Source of the DNA: Lytechinus pictus
Lineage: Eukaryota
Direction: 5' to 3'
Assembly: GCF_037042905.1 (NCBI RefSeq)
Contig: NC_087257.1
Coordinates: 20,274,001-20,338,000 of the forward strand
DNA: 64,000 nt
Shown here: in pieces, positions 38,168-49,904 of the stretch
How the letters are laid out: each line of letters opens with the position of its first letter
Position numbering within the stretch: the stretch's first letter is position 1
Program-made: the position numbers and the translations under genes
The notes under the pieces: model-generated
Told to the model about the DNA's origin: nothing
What the model saw: only the letters and a program-made list of their open reading frames with translations
Databases searched by the model: none

Positions 38168-40999
38168 AAGAAAAATCCTTTACACTTCAGCGTATTAATT
38201 TAAAGCCTAAAACATTCTGGTTTGATAAAAGATCATTTCCGGTGCCCAATTAATCAACGTTTTATTTATCTCCTTCTACTCAGTCTTTGTTCATTTCAGT
38301 GTTTACTTTGACTTTCTTACATCACTTTTTGCACTTTTTGCACTTTAGAGCTTTACCATACCTTCTTGTTTTGTTTCCTCCCCCCCCCCTCTTTTCCTCC
38401 CTCTCTAAGTACATTTTTTTTTGGCTATTTTAATTCATTATTATCTAGCAACAATTATTCCATTTTGAATGCTTACACCTACACTGAAATATAATACCAT
38501 GTCATTTATTCTTTTCTTCATAATCTTCTAAACTCTATTTTGGCTACACTCTGTCCTAAATAATACTATTAGCTATATTTAATGTCTAGTTTAAAGAATT
38601 GAAGAAATGGCTGTCATGATATTATATTTCGGTAAAGGTGCATCAAATTCATAGTTGCAGCATTCAGTATGGAATAACTGTTGCTTGAAAAAAATGGATT
38701 TAGTTGTTTTCCGAAAATCCTCTGTGAAAATTTTAGTTATATCACTGAGTTTTCCCATTCCTGCAGTTACCACCATCTGAAAGGGATATGACTAGAATAT
38801 ATGTAGAGAAATAAAAGTCATCATTTGCTCAATGAACAGTGAATACGTTCGTCCTTACTCCAATGCAAAATTATTTGCATTTTTTGTGACAGTCAGATCT
38901 TGCATCCAACAATTTTGCTACTGAAACATAATATTCATTTTTTGACAATTATACTGAAAAAATTAAATGAAATAAAATTGAAGGCAAAAAATTATTGTGC
39001 ACATATGCATATTTTTGATATGGTATGCTATTGAGTCATGGATTTGCAAGTGAATTTCTAAAACAAGTGCAGAGATTTTTGTATATATATATATATATAT
39101 TTCTATAATTAGTTGCATGATTAAAGGTTCACTTTATAATATGTCAGAAAAAATATACTTGGAGAGAAGAGCGGGTAAAAAAAGGAGAGAGGAAACAAGA
39201 TGGTATGGTGAAGCTCAAAATCAAGAGTGATGTGATATAGTTAAAAAGAAAGAGTTGGAATGGAATATGAATAAAAGACTGAGTATGAGAATATAAATAA
39301 ACAATGATTAATTGGCTACTGTAAACAATTTTTTACCAAAGCAGAATGCATTAAACATCAAATGAATGGTCTGAACTCTGAAGTGCAAATGAATCTTTTT
39401 ACCTTTCAATGGGGGGGGGGGCATTTTTCTGCTCAAAAAATATATCAGCCCCATTTGTTTGCGGGGGGGGGGGGTTAAGTTCTTAGTCATAATCCTTTAA
39501 CTTTTACTTTTATGAGGTCATTTTCTAAAGACCCCCCCCCCCAAAAAAAGGGAGTAATGTCTCGCTTTAAAATACAAAGACCCCTGAGGGGCAAAGGCGT
39601 AGACTGGTTGAGCATAGGGAGATAGAAGTGGTATGGGGAGGGGTGCACATCTTGGGAAGGTGGAACTAAGGTTTGGAAAATCAGCCGTTGAAAGTAGAAG
39701 GGGTACACATTTTGTTTTGCTTGCCAGTGTTGGAACTCCTTTGCCAGAGCAGAAGGTTTCACATTCACCCAGTGTACCCCCAGCCTATGCCCTTGAGGGG
39801 ATGCTTATTTCAAGAGTGTTAATGGACACCGCCTTTAACCTTTATTTTGATGTCAGATTTTAAGGACCAATCCCGCTCCTCCCCCAAAACCTAGAAATAT
39901 TACTGAAGGTGATTAATATCCCCACACTCATATATTTTAATGCAGTTTAGAATTTAATATGAATCTTTACCCAAAGATGAATATTTTTTCCAACTTTTAT
40001 GAGCACTGACTAAAAAAGGGGGAAGTTGTTTGATCCACAATGAGTTTTCCTGCATTTCTGGCTATCATATGTGGTTACCATGGCAATATACTCTGACAAA
40101 TGCACACATAAAATGGTTCTTGCACATCTTTACCTCAAAGCAAATGTATGAGCCAAATTTCATGAGAAATGGTTCAAAACTGATGAAGTTGTTCAAATTG
40201 CAAGGTTTTTACCTAAATTTTGCCATATAATATGTTGTTACCATGGCAACACAATTTATGAAACACATACAAAAAGTGCCTTGTACATCTTTACTCTAAT
40301 ACCAATGTGTGTGTCAAATTTCATGAGAATTGATTTAAAACTGATGAAGCAGTTTGAATTGTAATTTTTTCCCCAATTTTCACCAAATAGTATGTTGTTA
40401 CCATGGTAACAAGATTTTTGAAAGACACACAAAATGTGTCTTAGACATCTTCACCTCAAGACCAATGTGTGTGCCAAATTTCATGAGAATTGGGTGACAA
40501 CAGAGGAAGTAGTTCTAACTGCAAGATTTGTACCTTATTTTTGCCATAATACACTGTTACCATGGCAACACAATTTCCAACACATGCAAAAAAAATGTGT
40601 CTTGCACATCTTTACCCCAAGACCAAAATATGTACATACACACCAACATTCAACCCCCTCCATCACCACCATTCGGCTTGTTTAGCATCTGCATTCAGAT
40701 ATTTAGTGCATTGAGATGTGAGGACAAACAGAATATCTGTTCAAAAAGGGTCTGAATTCAAGAACTAAACCAATGCAAAATAATGCACTGCTATTGAGTT
40801 TTGCACTAGCGCTAGTCTATATATCAGACCAATCTAAACTCATAAATTCTGACATTTTCACCCATTTTTTCACTGTTCCTGCAGCCAGATTTTTTGGAGC
40901 ATACCCCATTTTTAATTCTCATACATAAACAAAGGTCTGGAGAAAAAATCATGCTTTTGTCCACCGTGTCCACATAATTCCGCTAACAGACCAGACTAA
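36242..40999. mobile_element. 4.76-kb foldback (giant inverted-repeat) element in CYP-B intron 1
   Basis: Termini TTAGTCCGGTCTGTTAGCG / CGCTAACAGACCAGACTAA; arms traceable inward to about 38450 and 39130; ~160-bp subrepeats. Confidence 0.85.
37297..37868. mobile_element. Kolobok-like TTAA-flanked element nested in the foldback left arm
   Basis: TTAA|AGGGGAATCCA...TGGATTCCCCT|TTAA; the foldback arm homology resumes on both sides. Confidence 0.8.
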
Positions 41000-41615
41000 A
41001 TGGCGTAATAAGACAAACATTTTGAGGGGTGCAATATGGCGCATCGAGCAAAATTAATAAAAAGTTGCGAGCGAGCGAGCAAAAATTTCGACTTTTTTAT
41101 TACAAACATCTAACGTTGTTACTAGATTTTTACATTATATACAGTATATTATATGAATTTTCAGGGAAAAAATATATTTCACCCTTCTCTCTTTCCCCTT
41201 TTTTTTTTTTTTTTCTTGGTCGTGATTTTTTGTTTTGTACGCCACTGCTGGTATCACCATAATTACCATGGAAAGTAATGGTATATCTAAACGCACTTAC
41301 AAAGTTGAAATGGTTTTATCACCAACGGGAACTGTATCGTACTGAAACTATTGTGAAACCGTAGTTTCATAGTGTTAAAACTGAAGTGAAACCGTGGTAC
41401 TATACAGCACGATTTAAACGTCAAAAGTACATTATAACATGTCGTTTTACTATGTTTAAACCAATGAAAAACCATGGTATTTAGATGAATTTACAACAAA
41501 TAAATTCCACGAAACATTGTCAGAAGGCAAGACTCGGAGATGACTGAATTATGGAGACGAATCAGTGTTCCTGCTATTGTCTCTGAGACCTTTATCATTT
41601 TATTCTCTTACGCAG

Positions 41616-42229
41616 CTTCCATTGTGTGGAGTAATGGGAAATCTTGGTCTAACTTACGTAGATTCGCCCTTCCTGCCCTGCGCTCCTTTGGATTCGGGAA
41701 ACAAAGCATGGTACCCCAGATCAACCTTGAGGCACGATACCTTGCTGAGGAAATCAGGAATCTTCGAGGGGAACCCACGGACTTGGCATTCTTGCTCTGT
41801 AAGGCCACTGCGAATATCATTTGTCAGCTGTTGTTCAGTAGACGATATGAATACGGAGATGCAGCATTCAGGAAAGCGGTGGGCGCATTGGAAACGACTC
41901 TCTCCGCAATACCAGAGACCGACCCAGTCAACATCTTTCAAACACTCATAAATCTCCCCATCCCAAGATATAAAAGCTACCGTGAAGCCACGTTCATAGT
42001 TCGAGATTTCATCATGGGTAATCTAAAAAGTCACAGAGAAACCTTCCAGGCAGAAAATATCCGGGACTTCACCGACGTATACTTAAGTGACGACATCTCG
42101 AAGGAGTTCGAGTTTGATTGCTTCTGGAGAGCCATGCTTGATTTGTTTGGAGGTGGTACGGATACGACTGCGGTGGTTACCTCGTGGATAATTCTATACC
42201 TGGCGGTTCACCAAGACGTTCAAAGAAAG
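41616..42229 (+). CDS. CYP2-clan P450 paralogue B, exon 2
   Basis: cgcag acceptor; WSNLR, LRSFGFGK, GGTDTT, HQDVQRK|GTTTGC donor. Confidence 0.94.
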
Positions 42230-42853
42230 GTTTGCAAGTATTTATCACCATAAATAAATTGTATCTTTTCTATTATGCATACGTCCCAAAAATACAGAGA
42301 GGTAAAGAGGGTGATTCCATGCTTTTTTTTTCATTGTTATTTTCTGTTATGTTTGTGTCCCGTACGACACGCTACTATTTTTCATTTCAATTATGTTAAG
42401 TGCTGTTGTTGTTTTTTTATTCCCCTTCTCGTACTACTTGAGGATCATCTCCAATCAAGAAAATGTATACTTTCATGTCAAAAAGATGTAAAATTGTCAA
42501 AATGTCCTATATGACATAGCACGGAATCGCCATGGAATGATATGGGAAGATAAAACGTATGGTAGATATAGTGAGTGTCCTATATCATGTATATGACACA
42601 TTTTGTTTTCAATATGATTGTGAACACAATGCATAACGTGCAAGCATAGTAAGATGGTTGCATTAACCAGATTACATGTACAGCGGGGGGGGGGGTGATT
42701 TGCACTTTCATAAGATGCCGGATGATAACATTCCAACGATTAAATACCGGTAAAATGAATGACGAATCGAAACTTTCGTTTTCACCTATTCTTAAATCAA
42801 AATATCACGGAAATATTGACCCAGTACCTTCCGAATTTCCTTCATATATTCAG

Positions 42854-43181
42854 GTACAGGCTGAACTGGACGCGGTTGTTGGGCGTGGCCGTCAACCAAC
42901 TACCAAGGACCGTGAAGACCTGCCCTTCTGCGACGCTACTTTGCACGAAGTCATGCGGATTCGGCCAATTCTACCAATCTCGGTTCCCCACATGACTTCT
43001 GATGACGTTTCCTTGGGAGGTTATTCGATTCCTAAAGGATCCATCATTGTTCCGAACCTGTGGGCTGTTCATCATGATCCGCGGGAATGGAAGGATCCGG
43101 AAGAATTCAACCCAGGCCGATTTCTAAGCGAGGATGGGAAAGTATTTCAGAAGAATGATGCTTGGATGCCATTCAGTGTTG
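42854..43181 (+). CDS. CYP2-clan P450 paralogue B, exon 3
   Basis: ttcag acceptor; EVMR, FNPGRF, WMPFSV(G)|GTAAG donor; 328 bp as in A. Confidence 0.95.
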
Positions 43182-43777
43182 GTAAGATGATAATAGTTTG
43201 TCGCTCCACAACGCAAGCCGGATTCAAGAACATGCGAATATATTTATGTATTATACATTGCCGAATCATTTAATGAACAACCAAGTCTTTGTCGAAAGTT
43301 ACAGAATCAAAAGAGTAGTTTTCTCCCGGACTCTGGACAAACGGCATAGTTTGCCATTTTTCGTCACTCCGAAATTAAGGACGAAACTGCTGTACCGGGT
43401 TATCACTTTTCGACAAAGACCTTCCAGCTGTCTTTGTCATTTAACGGGTATTTTCAAGACCACGAAGTGCCCTACATCACAAAACATATTCACACACCCT
43501 TGTTATTTGACAATCGGGGACCCAATTATCATCGATCACCTAATTGGGGACGTGTGCTTGAATGTGGTCTCATACACTAATCTTGAGTTCATGATATGAG
43601 ATTCATTATCATTAGTCTGGTTGAAATAAAGCCAATAGTAATTGTCCACAAAACCAACAATTTCATGCTGAATGATAAATATCTTTCCACTGGATGAATA
43701 ATTGATGATAGTTTTTAAGCATCGTCATTTTTGTTATTTTTTTTTCTTTTTTGTGTCATTATTTCCATTTACTGCAG

Positions 43778-43956
43778 GTCGCCGTGATTGCGTGGGTAGT
43801 CAGCTGGCTAAAATGGAAAGCTTTCTCCTTTTCACCAATCTCTTCCAGCAGTTTGAATTCAGGCTTCCTTCTAACGATCCGACACCTAGCCTTCACGGTG
43901 ATATCGGGATCACTATGAACCCAATAGCTTACAGGATCTGTGCAGTAGAACGCTAA
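43778..43956 (+). CDS. CYP2-clan P450 paralogue B, exon 4
   Basis: tgcag acceptor; heme motif FSVGRRDCVG; ends ...YRICAVER*. Confidence 0.95.
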
Positions 43957-44392
43957 ATTAGTAGGCAAAGCTGTACCCAAAACAAGGCCATGTGAGCGAT
44001 TTTTATTTGGGGTGCTGGTTTGGAAGAAAACTTTTACCCAAAAAAAATGAAGAAAAAAAAACCCTGTTTTTACCAAAAATGGAGGTCGTTATGGGCAGGA
44101 AAAATGGACAAGCAACCCCCCCCCCCCTCCCCCCCCCAAAAAAAAAACACCCAGTTTCTCAGGATCATGATTTTTTTAAGTTTTCATTAGTACACGACGA
44201 ATTCTTTTGTGACAGTAAAGTTGACGATTGAACCATCTGTGCATGCGTCAACTTCGGTGCTTCTTCAATTCAATTCAATTTGTTTCAATTCAATTATTCG
44301 GCCCTGTAGCTTTTACAACTATTCGGATGTGAACCAGCTTCGCGCAGAAATTATAGAGTTTATTTGCGTTATATATATATATATATATATAT

Positions 44393-44623
44393 ACTCAACC
44401 CCCTCTGTTGTTATTTTTTGTTATCCTAGTGTAATCCTTCTGTTCTGTACCCTTTGTTACACATTATTTACTTTGTTGTTATTACGATTTTATTTGTATG
44501 GTTTTGTTCTATTTTGTTTGTTTCAATGCATTATAGGCCTGATGAAGGCCCCACTGGCCGAAAGCTCGCAATAAAAGAGATACTTGGAAGCTACGTCTAG
44601 CGTTAATGCTTGATTTATTTACG

Positions 44624-44625
<2 letters not shown>
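44393..44625 (+). mobile_element. Putative solo Penelope-like pLTR inserted in a (TA)n microsatellite
   Basis: ~230-bp T-rich segment carrying the hammerhead and poly(A) signal, flanked on both sides by (TA)n runs (~44370-44392 and ~44626-44654). Confidence 0.5.
44531..44575 (+). ncRNA. Minimal type I hammerhead ribozyme motif with overlapping AATAAA (Penelope-like pLTR type)
   Basis: UUAUAGGC-CUGAUGA-A-GGCC(CCACU)GGCC-GAAA-GCUC/-GCAAUAAA: conserved core, 4-bp stem II, palindromic AGCU stem III, CUC triplet; AATAAA at 44570-44575. Confidence 0.68.
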
Positions 44626-44660
<35 letters not shown>

Positions 44661-45210
44661 TCAATACGTCAACTTGAGTGCAAATGTGCAAATATATTAT
44701 GGATTTTTCGCTTCCACGACGCCCGACGGATTCAAGAACACAGAAAATATATTGTCAAATGCCCTTCATGTCAATGGACAACCAAGAAGCCTTTGTCGAA
44801 AATTGGTGAATCAAAACAGCATTGATTGTGGACAAACTACATACATGTAATAATTACGTCTGCTCCAGAATTTAGGAAGAAACTGCTGTGCCTATTCACC
44901 AATTTTCGAAAGAGACCTCACAGGTTTTTCCTTTCATTTGATGGGCATTTAAAATACATTTACATTGTTTTTTATCCGTCTTGCGTCGAAAATTCTCTAT
45001 TCGACACGATTTATAAGCAGGTCGGAAACACTACAGTACCAAGGACGTAGTTATCCATTCTTATGGTCACATCCGGCACTAAAAAAAAAAGCTCCTTGTT
45101 AGGAAAACAGAACTAACGAATAAAAAAACTTGTTATTCATTCACATCGTTGTGCGAAACTAGTTTCATCGTATCACAGTTATACTCCAACGAATTTGAAT
45201 ATAAATCTAA

Positions 45211-46639
45211 TACCCCTTTCATAAATCCAATTATGCGGCTAATAGCAGCATAATTTGGTCGTAAAATCGGAGGAGGACCAGAGTTATCCGCATTATTTTG
45301 ATGCTGCAATTATCCGCATAAAAGCATGGTGCGGTCACAAGGTCACCCTTTTCCAACACAACCGCATAGGAGGGGGCGTGTGCAGTTGTCATGACGATTA
45401 TCCGCCTTTTTCAGGACGGGCGCTCGTAAAAATAGTGCGGATTATTTTCGGAGTTTGTGAACGCAATTTTTATTGAATTATCCGCATTACTCTTAGGCGG
45501 CTAATTGGAGGATGGGTTTATGAAAGGCGGCTAATTGGAGGATGGGTTTATAAAAGGGTAATACCCCTTCATAAACCCATCCTCGAAATAGCATGCTGGC
45601 GACTTTTTTTTACAAATTTTCCCACATTGCTATGTTTTGCCCCTTAAAAATATTTGGTTCATTATGCAACCGGGTTGAATAAATGTGTTGTGTAAAAGTT
45701 CTATTCTGTATATGACCGCGATTTGATTAAAATAGCGGCAATCTGCGAGGTTTAAATGGCTTTGATATCAAGAAGTTTCGGGGGCTCCGCCCGGCCCCCA
45801 ACCACACAGCACTGCGTATGGAAGGGTTGGGTCATGGCCCCAAAAAGTTCTACAAACAAGAATTTAAAGAAAGGAGGAAAGAAAAGCAAAGGAAAAGTGT
45901 AGGATATGATTTTATTTACTGAATATAATGTCAAAAAATAGCTTAAAGTTAGATTCTCATGAAAAGGTGATTTTTTTCTCGATCGCTTCGCTCGCTCGGG
46001 ACTTATATAAAGCAGCTTTTTAGCACATGTGCTATACTGCTCCCCTGTTTTTTTTTCTTCTTTTTTTACTCTTCACGCTACTGCCACAAAGAATCCTGTT
46101 CACAGTGGCGTATCGTACAGACCACAAAAAAGGAATCTAAAGAGAGAAGAGTGAAATATATTGTTTTCTGGATATCATGTCAAAATCTATCACAAAATTG
46201 GATTTTTGTATTAAAAAGGTCAAAATTTTTGCTCGCTTGCAACTGTTTTTAAAGATAAATTCTGCCCGATACGCAATATCTGGCCTTCTCAAAATAGTCG
46301 CCTAATTACACCATTACGCCTGTTCATACCATGATATGACCGGGAAATTTTTGGCTCTTAACCCCCCCCCCCCTGGCCACCGACCCCTGTTACGCCGCTG
46401 GGCAACCGCACACACACCCTCCGATGCGGTTGTGTTGGAAAAGGGTGACCTTGTGACCGCACCATGGCAATTATCAACATTACTTTGAAATGCGTTCATA
46501 AAGTCAAAATCTGGTCCCGATGCCGCTATTATGCGGATAATTGCAGCGTCAAAATAATGCGGATAACTCTGGTCCTCCTCCGATTTTACGACCAAATTAT
46601 GCTGCTATTAGCCGCAACATTGGGATTATGAAAGGGGTA
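45211..46639. mobile_element. Inverted dimer of Harbinger-like MITEs with an outer TAA TSD
   Basis: TAA|TACCCCTTTCATAA...TTATGAAAGGGGTA|TAA; internal junction AAAAGGGTA-A-TACCCCTTC at 45552-45570; second copy interrupted by other repeats. Confidence 0.7.
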
Positions 46640-46749
46640 TAATAATGAGATATTAATAGTACCAAACTCCTTGATAGTACACAATGTTATTTTATTAATG
46701 TTTCAATAACATCTTTATTTAAAAAGACAAGGGACCCATTTCATAAACA

Positions 46750-47560
46750 TGATAAAGACTAGTTACAAAAACCAAATACACAATAGCTATAACATATTTC
46801 CTACCAGCCAATAATATTGAAGGACTTCATTAGCTTTTATATGATATTGCTCGTTTTTTATAACACGTTTTATGAAACGGACCAATGCACGTTTATAGGT
46901 TCTCAAATAAATTTGTCGGTGTCTGTGTGGAATATGATTGTCGTTATTCTCATTGTTTCTGATACTGTCCTGTAAACAATAATGAAAAACCCAATTCCTC
47001 AACATCGTAAAAAATAGCAGTAAACCAAATAACTATGTGATTCGATTTATTGTTTCACATTCCACAAAATATACATAGGCCTTCATCTTGAGCAATTAAG
47101 AACATGACAATAATTGCATTCCCTGTTTAACAAAGAAATGGAATATCTTGAAATATGAGGAACCTATAACAGAACATAGCCTGTAATTATAGTTTCCCAG
47201 TGTTTTATATCTTAATATCAATTAGTGATGTACCGAAAAATGAGCGAGTACTCGGAGCTGATGGTAAAACACACGCTGCAAAAGATGCTTTAATTACATT
47301 TTCCCAAAATATATTTGATAATTTCAAGATAAATATAGAGAAAGATATAAAGGTAGATATTAAGAATGGGCTTTTAATCACTTTTAGTGTCAGGAGGCAT
47401 TTAGTTATTTAATAATTAAAATCACTAGCGATTTATGATACTTAATTACAAATTATCTTTAATTCTGTTTTGAAAAAAAAAAGTTTCCTTTTCATAGTAT
47501 GCAATTGGAATGGTACCTACTATCATGCTGTAATATCTAATATACATTTCTTTTCATGCA
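46750..47560 (-). mobile_element. Highly degraded L1/Tx1-like LINE 3' remnant
   Basis: Frameshifted DEGLCIFCGM...ETI...LRNW, reminiscent of the ORF2 C-terminal zinc knuckle; weak. Confidence 0.3.
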
Positions 47561-48311
47561 GTTTTATTATTTTGTTTAATTTCTGACACATTTTTTCTAG
47601 AATATCTAAAAGTACTAATACAGTTTTACCAAAGTTTTCAAAGTTTCCGCAAATGTGGAAGTCGCAAATTATGATGCCTATTAATTTTGATTAGAGCGCT
47701 GATAGAATTTTAGATTTTTAAACATAAAATTTAAGAAATAAATAGGTTGATAAATCAGTGCAAGGTGGATTCAAAGCCATGTAGCGTGTCATCTACTGTC
47801 TTCATTTATTTAAGGGCAGATCAAGAACATATCATTTAGTTCGTTGACTAGTCAGATAACTAGCTCTTTACTCTGGTATTGCCTCTTTATTTTACGAATG
47901 ATTAAAGTTTTAATTGAATCAGTTGTTTAATGTTTAAAAAATTATCTGTCGCATCATTGTGGTAAAAAGTACTGTGTAAGAATCTATTTATGACTCATAG
48001 TACTGGGGTATCTAACATATCATCAGATATCTATTTGTCGAATCATGAACTGAAAAACAATGACACTAAAGATCACTATTATAACGGATAAGCACATGTG
48101 GGGCAGTGTATTTTCGCTTGGAAAAACCTGACATCTGATTGGAATACCATGATATTTTTTTCCAGTTTCTCACCAATTTCACATCTTCTGTCAAAAATCT
48201 TATTATCACTTTTTTTTAATTTATACACACAAACACTCTGGTGCTCATTTTGATTAGAACCTGTTCGAAGTAATTTGATCTCGTTAGCACTAGTGGTATT
48301 TAGGCTTATCT

Positions 48312-48502
48312 TTAAGGGCAGAGCTTATCTTGAATCCAAGTTGGTGCATAGGACATTGGCATCCAGATCAGATTCGCGTCCCAACCCACGGCGTATCGCG
48401 TCTTGGGCCACGTAGAAAACAGCGCATGCTCAATGGCGTCAGTCACTTTTGTGAAGTCACTTGACACCATAGAAGACAACAGGGAGCCTTTCTCATCAAT
48501 GA
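48312..48502 (-). CDS. SDR9C-like dehydrogenase, exon 5
   Basis: ...DFTKVTDAIEHALFSTWPKTRYAVGWDANLIWMPMSYAPTWIQDKLCP*: the HAL...P.TRY..GWDA tail typical of RDH16-like enzymes. Confidence 0.9.
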
Positions 48503-49065
48503 CTGAGGAAAGAAATGAAATGGAGTAAAATGCTCATATACATGTAACAGCAGCAATACAGCTATAAAGGTATATGTAATCTGGAGAAAAAAACTCGAGC
48601 GAACTAGTATTTCACATTCGTACATTTAATTCAAATTAGGGTCATCGGGGAGAAGTAAACTGAAAAAAAAATGTGAATAAGGATTAATAGTCTTATCTAA
48701 ATTCGGGTGTGAAAAAAATCAATAAAGGCCTCTAGGCAAACCTATTGGATGTACATTATTTATTTGAAAGGGAAAATGGGTCGAGAATACAGTTTATTGA
48801 GAGAATATCTTTATTCTAGAAAGGTTATTATTAAAAAAAACATTATTCCAAAATTGTGAAAAATCTTTTAAAATAATCATGCCAATTATTTTGTTACTTT
48901 TTCAAGGGGATCCACACTTATTATGTTTGGATGAAAATGAAATAAAATTCTTGAATTGATCGAATTTATTAAAGTTAAAATTTGGTCTCTGGCTTTGGAT
49001 ATAAACAGATGAAAGATAATCGCATTTATAATCAAAATATACGTTTTATAGAGATTGTTCCTTAC

Positions 49066-49235
49066 ATTTTTGTACCACCGTTTCTGGGAATTCCCTTTTC
49101 TCCTCATTAGAAAGTCGGTTCCAAAGAGACATAGTGTTTCGTGTTAGATGGTCCTTCGATGCCATATAAGTGTCAAAGAATCCTGGCTCGATGATGCTCA
49201 CTTTAAAGGAATACCCGAAATTCCTACGGTCTCTC
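49066..49235 (-). CDS. SDR9C-like dehydrogenase, exon 4
   Basis: RRDRRNFGYSFKVSIIEPGFFDT...LWNRLS...; ttcag acceptor and GTAAG donor. Confidence 0.9.
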
Positions 49236-49322
49236 CTGAAGGTTAAAAACGTAGAAGTGTGTTTCGGTCTGAAATGCCCCTAGTCACATCAACAAGACCG
49301 ACTCGAGACCGATCAAAGTTAA

Positions 49323-49904
49323 AGGGATGGTCCGGGCTGAAAATATTTGTATTTTACTACATAGAGAAGAATTCACTGAGCAAAATGCCGAAAATTTCAT
49401 CAAAATCAGATGACAAATGATAAAGTTATTGAAGTTTAAAGTTGAGCAATATTTTGTGAAAACAGTCGCCATGAATATTCATGAGGTGGGCTAATGATGT
49501 CACATCCCCACTTTCCATTTCTTATGTTATTACATAAAATCATAATATTTTCATTATTTCATACTTGTGTGAATAATATGTCTCCCTCATAATGAAATAT
49601 GTTGCAGCAATCAATATCTAATGCACTAAATCAGTTGTCAATCCAATTTTTCTAGTTCTTGGAGGAAAAGTTTTGAATAAACCTAATTTCATGTAATAAA
49701 ATACAAAAGAACAAGTGGGGGTGTGACATCATCAGCCCACCTAATGAATATTCATGACGACTGTTTTCACAAAATATTGCTAAACTTTAAAATTCAATAA
49801 CTTTGTTATCCGATTTTGATGAAATTTTCGGCATTTTGCTTAGTGAATTCTACTCTATTTATCTGTTTATTACGCTATAAATATTTTCAGCCCGGACCAT
49901 CCCT
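49323..49904. mobile_element. Kolobok-like TTAA-flanked MITE in SDR intron 3
   Basis: TTAA|AGGGATGGTCCGGGCTGAAAATATTT...AAATATTTTCAGCCCGGACCATCCCT|TTAA. Confidence 0.85.

Noticed and set aside
36496-40755. Paired similar ORFs on opposite strands (MCLRHLHLKTNVCAKFHEN...)
   Set aside because: These are a by-product of the foldback inverted arms and are not transposase-like.
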